Position numbers and translations under genes: made by a program. From Hydrolagus affinis (lineage: Eukaryota), in the NCBI GenBank assembly GCA_012026655.1, contig JAAILG010000876.1, forward strand, positions 1 to 64,000: a stretch of 64,000 nt of DNA, read 5' to 3'. The notes below the pieces were generated by a model, which ran no database searches, was not told the origin of the DNA, and saw nothing but the letters and a program-made list of their open reading frames with translations. Positions 36,681-49,035 of the stretch are shown in pieces. Position 1 is the stretch's first letter. Each line of letters starts with the position of its first letter.

Positions 36681-38477
36681 AATCAAGATTTGCAGCCTTA
36701 GCATAATAGACGCAAGAAAGCGCTCGCAGTTTAGGTGCCTGAGAAAAAGAGTAATTGTTCTCAGTGGAAACGTTGCGTGATGGTTGGTGACTGTGGCTCC
36801 GATTCGCACAATGTCAACATCTTGAATCTTTATAGCAGCTACCCACAGCAAACGAGGCCAAATGAAACCAGGAATTCAAGGCATTTCTGAATGTTCATTT
36901 CCTAGCCAGCTGCACGCACCAATTAGCCATTGATGGTGCTGGTAGTCATTCTTATCATAGCATTGCAATGATGTTCATTGGGGTTCCAGTCAGCACTGTC
37001 TTGCACCACTCAAACCTCACACTGCAACTAATTAAACAACCCACCCAATACTCTCTCCGTGGACAGGTGCACACAGGGCTTTGCACTTGGTGTGCCTAAC
37101 AAAGCCTAATTATTGTCTAGAGGATTAGATCAACATTCAACCTATTTGTAACTTAGTGAAATGATAGGCCAAAAATATAGGCACTGGATTTGTCAAAACA
37201 GAGTATGGAATACCTTCTCCAAATCATGCTCTCAAGCAATTATTCTACTCTAATCAGGATAAAATATCGCTTAGGCTGCCCATGGATGTTTCTGAAATCT
37301 AGCATCCAACCCTCACAACTAAAAGGTTGGACCACCCTGCTCTAAAGCATTGATTTCTGATGCAACACAGATTGCTTGCAATACTTTCAATCACAAAATA
37401 ATTATGTGGAAAATACATTTCTCTAATGCAGTCCTCAATAATAGTATACCCTGCAGGACAGACTGAAGGAGGCGCTCCGCCTCTTTATTTCAGGGATCTG
37501 GGTCCAAATCTATTGTTGGATAAAAGTCAGCCTCTACTAAAGAGAAAAGATCAACCTGACACCAGTTTAGGACACGTTCAACCAAACTATTAATGGGTTT
37601 GAGGCTGCAGTTTAACTCCAGTTGGCAACCATAACACCAAGACCCCAAACTGGGTTAAGTGTGAAATGCCAATTCATACAGCAACAATGCATTTCTAAGG
37701 GTAGGGTTCCGTGGGAGCTTTATTGATTGACTTTATACTGTGTCTAATAGAAACATTACTAATTATAACAGAGTAATAAAAAGATTGCTGTGTTTTAATG
37801 ATCAGCATGGGAATAAACCACATTGAATACAAAATTCAAAGGATAATTGTCTTTCGCGCCTGGAAACACAACCACTCTAACAACAAACAACAATAAAATT
37901 ACAAAATGATTGAGCACCTTTCGCATCGGGACCACACCATGTGAGGAGGAGCAGCCCTGACTTGTGTTGTGTTGTACAGTAATGGGGTTTATTTGCACAA
38001 TAGTTTGCTCCCCTCTCCTTTCTGCTGAAGGTGTCGACTGATGCTCGTATTCCACAGGTGCAGGGCATTCCTCCGTGTATGAGGCTAGCAGCACTAGCAG
38101 GCTATTTGGCTAAGAAACTAGTCACAATTGAGCCTGATCCACACGCACACTTTCCAGCAGGGGTCAGTTTAATAGTGATCAGATGAGGGACCCTGCTGAT
38201 TTTTCTCTCTCTCTCTCTCTCTCTCTTTCCTCCTTTCCCAGGCCAGCACAAGTGCACTGCAGCTAGTCATAACGCCCTTATTGTTCTCTTGGCTGACAAA
38301 CAACATTGGCTTCCTCACAAAGGCAGAGACCATAAAACAGTCTCTATATATTACAGTTCCTCTAGTGCCTGAAAAGTGTTTGGTGAGAGAATATGAGGCA
38401 TTTGTGGCTCCAGAAAATGTTCTACCTCAAGCCACAAACTGGTGGTGTAGCAAGTTCGCGTCACCTGCCTTCTGGAA

Positions 38478-38841
38478 TCCTATAGCTCAGGGTTAGAACA
38501 CTCGCCTCGCAAGTGAGAGATCTGGGTTCTATTCCCAGTAGGGATGAAACGTTGGCCAAGATTCCTTACTCCACACGCCTCTGTTCACCTAGCAGGTAAA
38601 TAGGAACATGGGCGTTAGTCAATTGGCACATTGTTTTTCCGGGGGTAATAATCCCTCAAGAAAAAAAACAATAATAATTTGGTCACTCAATTCCATCCAC
38701 AACTATTTGTGGGACACTGCTGTGTGCAATTGGCTACCGTGTATCGCCCACAAATATTCAGTCAATTCAATTTACAGTATATTCTGTGAAGTGCTTTGAG
38801 AATACGTGAAAAGCGCTATATTAAATGCAAAGATTATTATT
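38478..38841 (+). mobile_element. Full-length tRNA-derived SINE (young family), about 360 bp
   Basis: A-box tagctcagggtt and B-box ggttctattcc. Central gcctctgttcacctagcaggtaaatagg. Deu-like tgtgggacactgctgtgtgcaattggct. L2-like tail cgtgaaaagcgctatattaaatgcaaagattattatt. Confidence 0.92.
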
Positions 38842-38952
38842 CTGAACAATATCTTACACTGGAGGTTTCGCTTACCTTCTCCCATCTGAATACTCTTGGG
38901 AGAAAAGCCCTCTAGTGGTCAACAGTTTGCCTGCAGTCTGATTGAAACCATT

Positions 38953-39320
38953 AAAAAATAATAATCCTTGCAATTGTTATAGTGCCCTTCAAGTCGGGAG
39001 GACGTCTCTAAGTACTTCACATAATCTTCTGGAAAGTCCAGTGACTGTCTTTTTATGCCAAATTTGTGCTCAGTTGTGCCCTAGAAACAAACATAAATTT
39101 TACCTGGGGAATCATTAGAAGGGACCCTGGCAGAAACTGCCTTTGTCTTTTCAGTAGTACTGTAACTTTAAATATTTTAACGGCCAGCTACACAGGCAAA
39201 TGGGACCTTAGATTAATGTCTCATCCAAAGCATGGTATCTCCAACAATACAGCACACCCCTGCATTGGATTGGAGCTTCAGGCCAGAATATGAGAATTTT
39301 TAGTTCCTGACTTGGGGGTT
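38953..39320 (-). mobile_element. SINE/L2 tail followed by a diverged DeuSINE-like body
   Basis: aataataatccttgcaattgttatagtgcccttcaagtcgggaggacgtc, then ttaatgtctcatccaaag..ctccaacaatacagcac. Confidence 0.6.
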
Positions 39321-39561
39321 GAATGCACAATGTTATGCAAAAGTAAGAATGCTACGGCCAAGTCAGGCTGACAAAGAAGAAAATAAGTACGATGCAGTAC
39401 TCGATCAGCTGCATCCGAGCATTTACCTGACCGTTCCATGGCCCGCATCTATAAATCTCCCCCACATCCTTGCCTTCCTGCTCAATATTTTTGCTCTGCA
39501 AGTAGTTATCCATCTCTCTAATACCTTCAATTGATTTCTCATGGCATTCTGCAACAGTGAT

Positions 39562-39870
39562 TAGAATCATAGAGTTTTATGGCACAAAAGGAGGCCATTC
39601 GGCCCATCTAGTCTGTGCCGGCTCTTTGAAAAGAACAACTCAATCCCACTGCCCAGCTCTCTCCCCATAACCTAACAGGCCTGTTCTCCCTAAATAAAGA
39701 TCTAATTCTCTTTTAAAAGCTTTTAAAAGAATCTGTTCCCTCATTATGGTCCTAATCCATTTTGTTTATGTCCTCTTGAAACCAATGGATACACTGCTTA
39801 TTTTGTCTGACCCTCTTTTAATTCTAAATACTTTACTGTGATTAACTCACCCTTCAGCTCCAAAGAATAT
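39562..39870 (-). mobile_element. CR1 LINE 3' end fragment
   Basis: tagaatcatagagttttatggcacaaaaggaggccattcggcccatc is a typical reversed CR1 3' terminus of cartilaginous fishes (recalled). Confidence 0.72.
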
Positions 39871-40199
39871 ATCCCAACCGAACTAGCCATTGTATTGGTG
39901 CCGATGTTTGTTCAGTCATGGAAGCCATGACTGTCTTTTATACACATTAATAAAGACTAAATGAATGTGTGTCTGTGTTTCTGACAATCACCCAATAACT
40001 GATTGACGTAGAGACATGATTTGTACCTCATTGGAAAGGTCTTGCATCTGGCAGTGTCATGGACATTTTGTGGGGGAGCCTCTATTGTTCGTTGAGCTAT
40101 ATTACAAAATAATTGAATTAAGCATTGATATGAGTGATATTGATATAACTCAAGATATGAGTTCCGCATTGTATTCTACATAGCAACCAGGAAAGCATA

Positions 40200-40350
40200 C
40201 ACTGAGACAATGCTGTATGCAATTGGCTTCCGCGTTTCACCCACATATATACAGTCAATTCACCTTACAGTATATTCTGTGAAGTGATTTGAGATGTCTA
40301 TATAAAAGACTTGAAACGTGCTACATCAAATGCAAGGATTATTATTATTT
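40200..40350 (+). mobile_element. SINE (young family) 3' fragment, followed by a GA-rich simple repeat at about 40390-40505
   Basis: tgctgtatgcaattggcttccgcgtttcacccacatatatacagtcaattc..atcaaatgcaaggattattatt. Confidence 0.85.
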
Positions 40351-41014
40351 ATTATAAAATATATTATAAAGTGTAGTGACTGTTTTGTGGGAGACAGAGA
40401 AAGACTGACAGTCTGAGAGAGAGATTAAGAGAGAGAAGACAGAGAGAAATAGAGAGAGAGACTGAGATAGTGAGAGAGACTGAGTGGGAGAGAGACTGAG
40501 AGAAAATATATTAAACGAGTCCTTCCAGCTGAGCATAGATAAAGATGAAATGTTTGTTTGTGTGTCAATCTACATTCCATATTGGATCCTTTGATTATGA
40601 GCAAAGCTTTAACGGGTACAGCTAGTAATCCCATTCCCTGCTCTTCCTCCATTCCCTCGAATACCCATCCTCCACATGTGTTTGTCTAATTTCTTTTTAA
40701 ATGTCCTAATCAAATCTGCTCTAATGCCACCCCTGGCAATTCATTCCATAGTCTGATACCCCTCAAAGGAAAAGAATTCCTATCTTGTCCCTTTACGCTC
40801 CTAATTACAATCATTGTATTGGGAGTCTTAGCTGATTTTTTTTCCCCTCGGAGCAGGCAAAGTCAAGTTTACAATGAATTCAGAGCCATCTGCTTGTTCA
40901 AAATGATCATTTTGGGAGCTAATATGATTGGAAATCAGGGACATGTTACAAATACTAGGTAAAAATAAAGATTTTAGAAAGCAAGCGAAAATGCTTTTAT
41001 TGTAAATACAATGC

Positions 41015-41163
41015 AATTTATGGACACTGCTGTGCGCCATTAACTGCTGTGTTTCACCCACAAAATATACAGTCAATTCACTTGAAAGTATATTCTGTGA
41101 CGTGCTTTAAGATGTCTCAAAGACGTAATTAGGGGCTATATCAAATGTAAGGATTATTATTAT
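41015..41163 (+). mobile_element. SINE (young family) 3' fragment
   Basis: ggacactgctgtgcgcc..cagtcaattcacttgaaagtatattctgtg..gctatatcaaatgtaaggattattatt. Confidence 0.85.
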
Positions 41164-41207
41164 AATTTAGAGTTGCTGTTAATAGCTCAGTTGTACAATG
41201 TGTGACA

Positions 41208-41645
41208 GTTTGGCTCAGTTAGTCATCCTCTCACCTTCGAATCAGATGGTTGTGGGTCCAGACATTGTGTTTGTATTTGTATTTTAGTGGCTATGGTATA
41301 GTAATAGGGATGTGTTGCATTGTCAGGGGTACAAGTTTTCAGATGAGACAAAACTCAATCTTCAAACTGAAGCCTTCTCCGCCTGTTTAGGTAGATGTTA
41401 AAGATTTCAAGACATGCTGGAAAGGCAAAGCATTTCTTCCAAAGTTTTGGCCGACAATTCTCTTAACTAATTTGTTTTTTTGCCTCATGGATACATATGG
41501 GACCTTACTGTGTGTAAAATGGCTGCGTACAAAGCGTTTCCCTACAAAATAAATGGTCACTGCACTCGACACTAATTGCTCTAAAGGGCTTTGAGACATT
41601 TTTGCGTGATAAGGTGCTATAAAACTGCAAACTGTTTTTTCTTTC
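41208..41645 (+). mobile_element. DeuSINE / SacSINE1-like SINE
   Basis: ttggctcagtt..gaatcagatggttgtgggtcca..tttcagatgagac..gggaccttactgtgtgtaaaatggctgc..gataaggtgctataaaactgcaa. Confidence 0.7.
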
Positions 41646-42254
41646 TCTTCCTGAAATGGAAAAGATTTTGTTTGAAAGAATTAAAAGCGATTGGGTAACA
41701 CGTTAGATTTATGGGAGGGAAGTTCTGCTGTGATAAACCAGTCAGATGTTTGGAGGTAAAAGTATTCAGCTGGAAAATGGCTTTTTAACACCCTTGTTTG
41801 TGCCAGCTCTTTGCTCCATTTCACAGAGCCCGTTTTGCTGGTCAGTTACCATAATCCTGTGGCTTCCTGCTTCCCCCGCCTGCCCGTTCAGTGAATGACT
41901 TTGAAATTGTATTCAAAGCCTGTATAATTTCTTAATTAGTCATGTGGCACAGGAGTGATGTTTTGCGCTTGTAAATGTGGATCATGCACCTTGAACGATA
42001 ACAGGTGGCCTAGTCTTACAGTAACAGATGAAGCTGGCACAGATGTTTGTGAAACATCTGTTAGATGCATTCTACTTGTCACAGATGATGGATGATTTGG
42101 ATACAAAGACGTCCTTTTTGACCCTGGGGTTAAAACAAAGCTTGTTTTTGAACGCAGTGTTATAGCACTGTGTTAATTTGATTTCTACAATCTTGCATGA
42201 AATTCCTTAAACCGACTACAACGATCACACCAATGCTTGCGCCTCAGCGCACTA

Positions 42255-42698
42255 ACAGTTGCATTTCTTAAAGTGCCTTATCGTTTTGGAACATCTCAAA
42301 GCATTTTTTCCCACAAGTTACATACTTTGAAATGTAGTGACTCCTGAAACGTAGGCAACATGGGAGCTAATCTGTGCCAGTAAAGTCCTACAAACAGCAA
42401 TGAGATGAATGACCAAATGTAATCTGTAGTTGATGAAATCGGATGAGGGAGGAATATTGGCCAGGACGTTGATTTGAAATAGCATCTTGGGAATGTCAGC
42501 ATCTACCAAAACCACAGAAAAGAAAGAAAGGGGCTGTGTTTACTGTCTCATCCAAAGCAAATAACCTCCAGCAATGCTGCGCTCCTCTACTACTGCACTT
42601 GGTTATGTGCTGACATTATGATCTGAAGATCTGTGTGGGGCTCGTACCAACAACCTTCGACCTAGAGGCGTGTGTGCCACCAACTGAGCCAGACTGAC
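42255..42698 (-). mobile_element. DeuSINE / SacSINE1-like SINE, near full length
   Basis: tttgaaatgtagtgact..gtaggcaacatgggagctaat..gagggaggaatattggccaggac..gtctcatccaaag..accaactgagccag. Confidence 0.75.
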
Positions 42699-43139
42699 AA
42701 ATATATCCCAGCTGTTGTATTAAAATTGGCTTTGTTATTAAAACGGAGCATTTTATTTTGAAAGGTGATTTACAGTGATTTGGGGGGGGAGAGCAGATTG
42801 GTGCATTTGTGCTTCATTCCCACTGTGGTTGAGTTCATTATAATGAGTAGATCCTATAAGTATGCCAGATTTCTCCCTAGGGAGGGAAGGGACAGTGAGT
42901 AAAGTGTTTCAGGCATGGTAGAGCATCACAAGCAGAGATCTCAGGGAAGTTTGTCTGTCTATTGCCTTGGACCACATTTGCTGCATTGGCTCAGAGATAC
43001 CAAGAAGTTTGCGTTATCAGCAAATGATGTACCCCACCTTGGGGTGCAGTGAGCAATAAGATGCCTGCTGTCAGCAGCTGGAACAGAACAGCAGGTGTGC
43101 TAAACACCTCTTAACAGTTGAATTTGTGCAATGCAAGCA

Positions 43140-43322
43140 CAATAATTAATTGTTCATTTCAATCCACGACTATTTGTGGGACACTGCTGTGTGCAATTGG
43201 CTGCCGCGTTGCACCCACAAATATGTGGTCAATTCACTTCACAGTATATTCTGTGAAGCGCTTTCAGACGTCTAGAAGACATGAAAAGCGCTATATCAAA
43301 TGCAAGGATGATTATTATTATT
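43140..43322 (+). mobile_element. SINE (young family) 3' half, well preserved
   Basis: atttcaatccacgactatttgtgggacactgctgtgtgcaattggctgccgcgtt..gtgaagcgctttcagacgtctagaagacatgaaaagcgctatatcaaatgcaaggatgattattatt. Confidence 0.9.
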
Positions 43323-44144
43323 AACAGCGAACAAACAAGATCAGTGGTCGCAAATTGAAAGAAAAATCTGAAACTTTTCTTCATTCCAATATTGTTTTGG
43401 TCTAACAAAAGGTCATAGACCTGAAATGTTAACTCATTTTCCTCTCTCCATGGATTCTGCTTGTTCCCAGCAACTTCTGTATTTATACCAGCATCTGCAA
43501 TACTTTGCCATTAGTTTTGTCTTTGTGCAGCCTCAGGACTCTTGCAAAAGCTCATAATGACAATGGGGCAAACACCTTATACAGTATGTCCCATTTATAA
43601 TTATTTCTAATGATAAATATTCATATTCGGAATCAGTTATTTTCTACACAGCATTCGGCCCATTGTATCAGTGCCGCTGCTGCTCTAAATTCCCCCCTTT
43701 TTCATTATTAATCCCACTTTCTGGTTATTCTCTCTTCTGGCTCCAGAACAACTATGACCAGATTCTGGGAAATGGCTGATACTATCATTAGCAGTGAAAT
43801 TACCTGGTGCATCGGGTAAGTACAGTGACATTGCACCTCTGGGATCAAATGCATCAGACCACTGGGGTGAAAGTTTTATCGTCCAGTTATCCCTCATCCG
43901 TGTTCCAAAGGAGTTCTAATCCAATCCCTCATCCGTTCCTAAGTACTGTATATACTAAATTGACAATCTTACTTGGCGGTCAGCTGGTGTGGGAAATGGA
44001 AATATAACACGAATACAGTAGAAGAAAGAAGCTCTACTGAGATTTTGGGTGAGAGCGAGTGTTATTCTACATTTAATGTGCAAATTTATTAGCATTATTT
44101 TTAGGAGTTTGATGTCAACGTTGAGTTCCTGAAATGGGAGAATT

Positions 44145-44390
44145 CTGATGAAATGTTACAACCAAGGTCTAGTCTGCAAGGATCCCATGGCACTATTTCA
44201 AAGGAAAGAAGGAATTTCTCCTAGTATCTTGGCCAATATTATTCCCTCATTCAATTTTACAAAAAACAGCCACATTTATCATTGATGGTGCAGATTAGCT
44301 GACTGTTCTATATTTAAATAATAGTCACTACACTTCAAAGTACTTTGAGTTGTTTCAGTGGGATAAGACATTATATCAAATGCAATGTTT
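44145..44390 (+). mobile_element. DeuSINE-like central and 3' fragment
   Basis: ggatcccatggcactatttcaaagg..ttctcctagtatcttggccaatattattccctca is the core Deu domain. Confidence 0.7.
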
Positions 44391-44574
44391 TGTTGAGTTG
44401 AATCAGTGAGGATGGTTAATTTAACTGTAACAGTATCTCAATGTTGTGAAACTCCTCATTTCCCTCAGAAATTCCCTATTCTTGCAACAAATTATATGCT
44501 TTTAAACCCAACTTAATGCTACTTAACTATTACTTCTTACAATTACAATTTATTAAGAATTAATTGTTACCCTA

Positions 44575-44732
44575 TTGTTTGTGGGACACTGCTGTGTGCA
44601 ACTGGCTTTCATGCTTTGCCTTCAATATACAAAGTCAATCCACTTTACATTATATTCTGTGTAGAACTTTGAGACGTCTCAATGACACAATAAGGCCCTA
44701 CATGAAATGCAAGAATTACGATTGTTATTATT
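44575..44732 (+). mobile_element. SINE (young family) 3' fragment
   Basis: tgtttgtgggacactgctgtgtgcaactggct..tttgagacgtctc..aaatgcaagaattacgattgttatt. Confidence 0.82.
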
Positions 44733-46494
44733 TATTTGTGCTTTTTTCACTCTTTTTGATTGGGTGCTGCACTCTGGTATTTGTGGGCAACCGTTGCAGT
44801 ACAATTGGACACAGCAATGTCCCACAAATAGCCATGTCTGTGATCTTGGTAATGTGCTTCATTGTCTGTAAGTTCCCATCCATACCTCTCCGACCTACTC
44901 AATCTCCACTCTACCACCCGCCTCCTCCGTTTTGTTGGCTCTGGTCTCCTCACCTCCTCCCCCCCCCCAACGCCTCCAGCTTGGCGAATTGCACTATAAT
45001 CAAGATTTGAGCTGAAGGAAATTAAGCCAAAATGGAGTCATTTGTGAGACCAATGCTTCCAAAATATCTAATCTGAACATAAGAACAGGGGTAGGCCATT
45101 CAGTCTCTTGAGCCTGCTGTGCAATTTAATTGGATTGCTGCCTCTCTTCATATTTTTAATGCTGTTTCCTGCTCTTTCTTCATCCCTTAATACATTTATA
45201 TTCCAAATAACTTTCTCCCTTTTAAACACCCCATTGATTCCTCATTTGTGCCCTAAGGGCTGTGGATTTACCCATTTTCAATGACAATTTAGAAGTTTCT
45301 ACCAAATATAACTGCATCCCACTTCGATCGGGTTAAACGTATTGGACAGAAAGCGTTGCTTTTAATAGAGCAAGGACAGAAATAATGGGTCAAATGGCAT
45401 TCTGTGCTGTAAATATCCATGGTTCTATGATTAAACTCCATAAACTATGTTGCGATAGAAGTAGATTCATTGTTTGACCTGATTTGCAGTGTACCCTGAG
45501 TAAATGCAGAACACTTAGAACTCAAGTGCCAGTTGGCCCTGGTGTTGTTGCCTCTGGACCAGAACATTGTGGACCTGAGTCAAACCTGCAGTACTTGAGA
45601 CTGTGGAACCCCGATGCTTCCAGAAGGGAAGGGGTACAAATTTGAAAGGGGAAGGGAGGAAAAGAAACCTTTGTTTTAATTGATTGCATCCACCAGTTTT
45701 GCAGTGAGGAATGGCGTCTCTTTTGTTCTCCAGTCCTGAGAACGTTGAGTTGACAGTGCTAATCCAGACCGCACAACAGCGGCAGCCAAGAGCACTTGGC
45801 TCGTGGAAAAGAAGTCTGTGGTTTTGCAATAAATCAGAGAAGAATATTCTGGGCATGAAATGGATCTTGTCAAATATTTCCAAACTGCTTTCATTACCCA
45901 CCCAGTAATTACCTTCATAGGAAAGAGATTAGCCTCTGGATGCTATGGTGGACCTGTAAAAACACTGCAGAATACGTCAGTGAGACGATGTTTATGTAAT
46001 TTGGTACAGAAATCTCTCAATCAGCCTTGAATGGGATTTTGCCTGAGGGGTGACATTATGGAATTAAAATTACAATTTGGATTGTGAAAGTATGAAACCA
46101 TGCTTGCCACAAACAGTTTTTTTTTACATTAAATAGCCAGTCCATACTCTTTACCTTTGTACTATTATTTTCTCCTCTAAGTTTCTCTGTTGCCTCTCTA
46201 GAACAGACTAAATCAAGCTGGTCCATGGAGCCTGCATAGTTCTTGAATGGTCATTCTTCCTATGTGAGCCAACATGCTGTTGCCAGGGTATTTGACTGTA
46301 TCATTGTGTCTCAATCTGATCCTACTCTTGTCCAATATCCACATGCATATTTTTCAGCAAACATCACCTTGGCTGATTTCCTTTTGCCCCTCCCTATTGC
46401 AGAGCCATTCCTCCCCCCTTTTCTTTTTCCTTTGTTTGGTTTGTTGCTGATGGCATTTCTGTGGCATTTCCTGGACTAGGATCTGGTTGTGGCA

Positions 46495-46552
46495 AAGGTT
46501 GTCTCCTGATGTGAAAGGCGCTCTATAAATGTAATTTTGTTGTTGTTGTTGT
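46495..46552 (+). mobile_element. Tail-only L2 insertion
   Basis: ctcctgatgtgaaaggcgctctataaatgtaattttgttgttgttgttg. Confidence 0.75.
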
Positions 46553-47061
46553 CTCCTTTTACCCAAAGAACTTCCTGCAATACTGAAGTCTGCCAGAAGA
46601 AATGGCTTGATGGCAGTACATTGAGACCTGTGGATGCCAAATAGCTTGTGGCAGGGATTTAATTGCAGTTATTTCTTTAATTTGCCATGTCCAATTAGTA
46701 TAATTATGTAGAGATTTACACGACAAAACAGAGTATGGTAGAAATGTATAATGAATCAACATCTGTATGAGAATGCGGGGTGTTCCATATCTTTTCTTGT
46801 AATGCAGGAGTAATGCAGCATTTATCTGGGTTATTGTGTGCTGCACTAAGGGGAGAGGTGGAATGATACATAGATTGGAAGGAGCAGAAACAAAGATCCC
46901 CCAGAGAAAATGCTCTCACCCTACTTCCTGCACAATGTATGCCAGCGTATCTCTCCTGCTGTTGGCCACTTGGTCACCAACATGAGGTGCAAACAAACAG
47001 AAGAATGAAAATCTCCACGGCCAATTCAGTGGGGGGAAAATTGCGGGTGGGTGAAAATATG

Positions 47062-47264
47062 GATAAAACACGGCAGCCAATTGTGCACAGCAGTGTCCCA
47101 CAAACAGTCGTGGATTGAAATGACCAATTTATTATTGTTTCTTTTTGAGGGATTATTATTAGGTATGTGGAGTAAGGAAACTTGCCCAAGGTTTCGTCCT
47201 GCCTGGAATTGAACCCAAGTCTCTCGCTTGTAAGGCGAGTGCTCTAACCACTGAGCTACAGGAC
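47062..47264 (-). mobile_element. tRNA-derived SINE (young family), intact head, internal deletion, 3'-truncated
   Basis: Reverse complement: gtcctgtagctcagtggttagagcactcgccttacaagcgagagacttgggttcaattccaggcaggacgaaaccttgggcaagtttccttactccaca... with canonical A and B boxes. Confidence 0.9.
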
Positions 47265-47709
47265 ACTTACACATCCGTAATTGTTGCACCTCATTTGGCA
47301 ACACATGACAAAATATGGTCTCAAAATATGTGGCTGGGACAAATTAACAATCTCATCCAGAATTGTCATAAAAGTTCTTAGTTTGGGGAAATATAAATAT
47401 CACACTGTGCTGTACGGTCGCAATCTTGAGATCGGTATATTGTGGGGATAGAGCAGATGAAGGCAGCCGAGACATTTTGCTACATGTAGGTTGCTAATTG
47501 CGAGGTGTGCTGTACTTGGTACTAGTACCAAGCACCTGAAATTAGAAAGAGTTAACATCGATGAACTTGAAAATCTGCTGTGTTTCACAAACTCTTCACT
47601 GTTACAATTGTATAAATGACAGCCCACCCAAGTGTATAAATGATTCAGTGACTTTACTTCCTCCACAGTGAATACCTCTGCCGATGGGGATCTGGATGTA
47701 CCAATGTAA

Positions 47710-47952
<243 letters not shown>

Positions 47953-48810
47953 TAGAGAACCAAATCATATTGCACCACATCACAGATGGTGTCTAAGCTC
48001 AGCTCAACTGGCGAGCGAAATAATGATTATGGACTTCAGACAGCTATATGTCCCAGGTTAAGTACCTGGTTAATCCCTTAGATAACTGATCTCAGTTGAG
48101 AGCACTGCAATTGCTTCAATATTCCTCGATTAAGAAAGAGAAAGTGCAGGTAAGGTTCCATTGTCCACCCCTCCCTGAAGTATTTTCATTGGACATGTTG
48201 GGTTGCTTGAGGGCTCATCTGCAATGTCCCAAAGAAACTACCAACAGTTATTGATGAAACATAAGGAACAGCCATTTGTGTGTGACCAGGCCTGTGGAGT
48301 CATACAACAGCTCATGTCAGCACCTACCGGAGAGGAAAGGTTGAGGAGGGAAATAGAGTAATTAAATGATTTTATTCCAACCATAGGAAAACACTGTTTA
48401 TATTTTCTCAAACATCAGAATTAAACGACTGCAATGAAATGGGATGCCCAGTGTGATGTATGAAGAGGGAACTGCAAAAATAGAAGTGTTTACACTGGTT
48501 AAACGAAGATTAAAGGGTTTAGATAAGATGGACCCCCACACTGTTTGATCCAGTCATGGGTTCATGGACTTGAGCTCAGGATAGTGAGCCAAGAATTAGA
48601 TTGGTTTACAGGATGTAAGTGAGGATTGGAATATGAGAGAGATAACAAGCAAGAGAGAGAGATATATATAAGACAATGGGACGAGACTGATAGACAGCAA
48701 TGGTCTTTGCTGGTGTTGTATGTTCTTACGTTTCAAAATGAAAGCCAAGAACAAAGGAAAGAACGGTTGAGTTGGGTTGACAGAGAAATTATCCTTCAAC
48801 TTGCCAAGTA

Positions 48811-49035
48811 CAGTAAAAGCCCGTTTATCCGGCACCCTCGGGACCTGGCCAATGCTGGTTAAAGTGCGTGCCGGATATTCGTCCGAAAACACACCCAAAA
48901 AATTTTCAAATACATTTTTTTAAATAATGCATTTTTCCAAATAAATTCCGGTTAATTGAATGCGGACTTTTTTTTGAGGTGCCGGTTATATGGAAGTTAC
49001 GGTTTATCGGGTGATGGATAAATGGGCTTTTAGTG
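48811..49035. mobile_element. Tc1/mariner-pogo (Tigger-like) MITE, 225 bp, TA TSD
   Basis: TA|cagtaaaagcccgtttatccggcacc ... ggtgatggataaatgggcttttagtg|TA. The 26-bp TIRs match at 22/26, with internal ccggataa/ccggttaa sub-repeats. Confidence 0.85.

Noticed and set aside
47190-47264. Possible tRNA gene on the minus strand
   Set aside because: It has A and B boxes but runs directly into the SINE body shared with many copies, and lacks a clean acceptor stem and T-run terminator. It is a SINE head.
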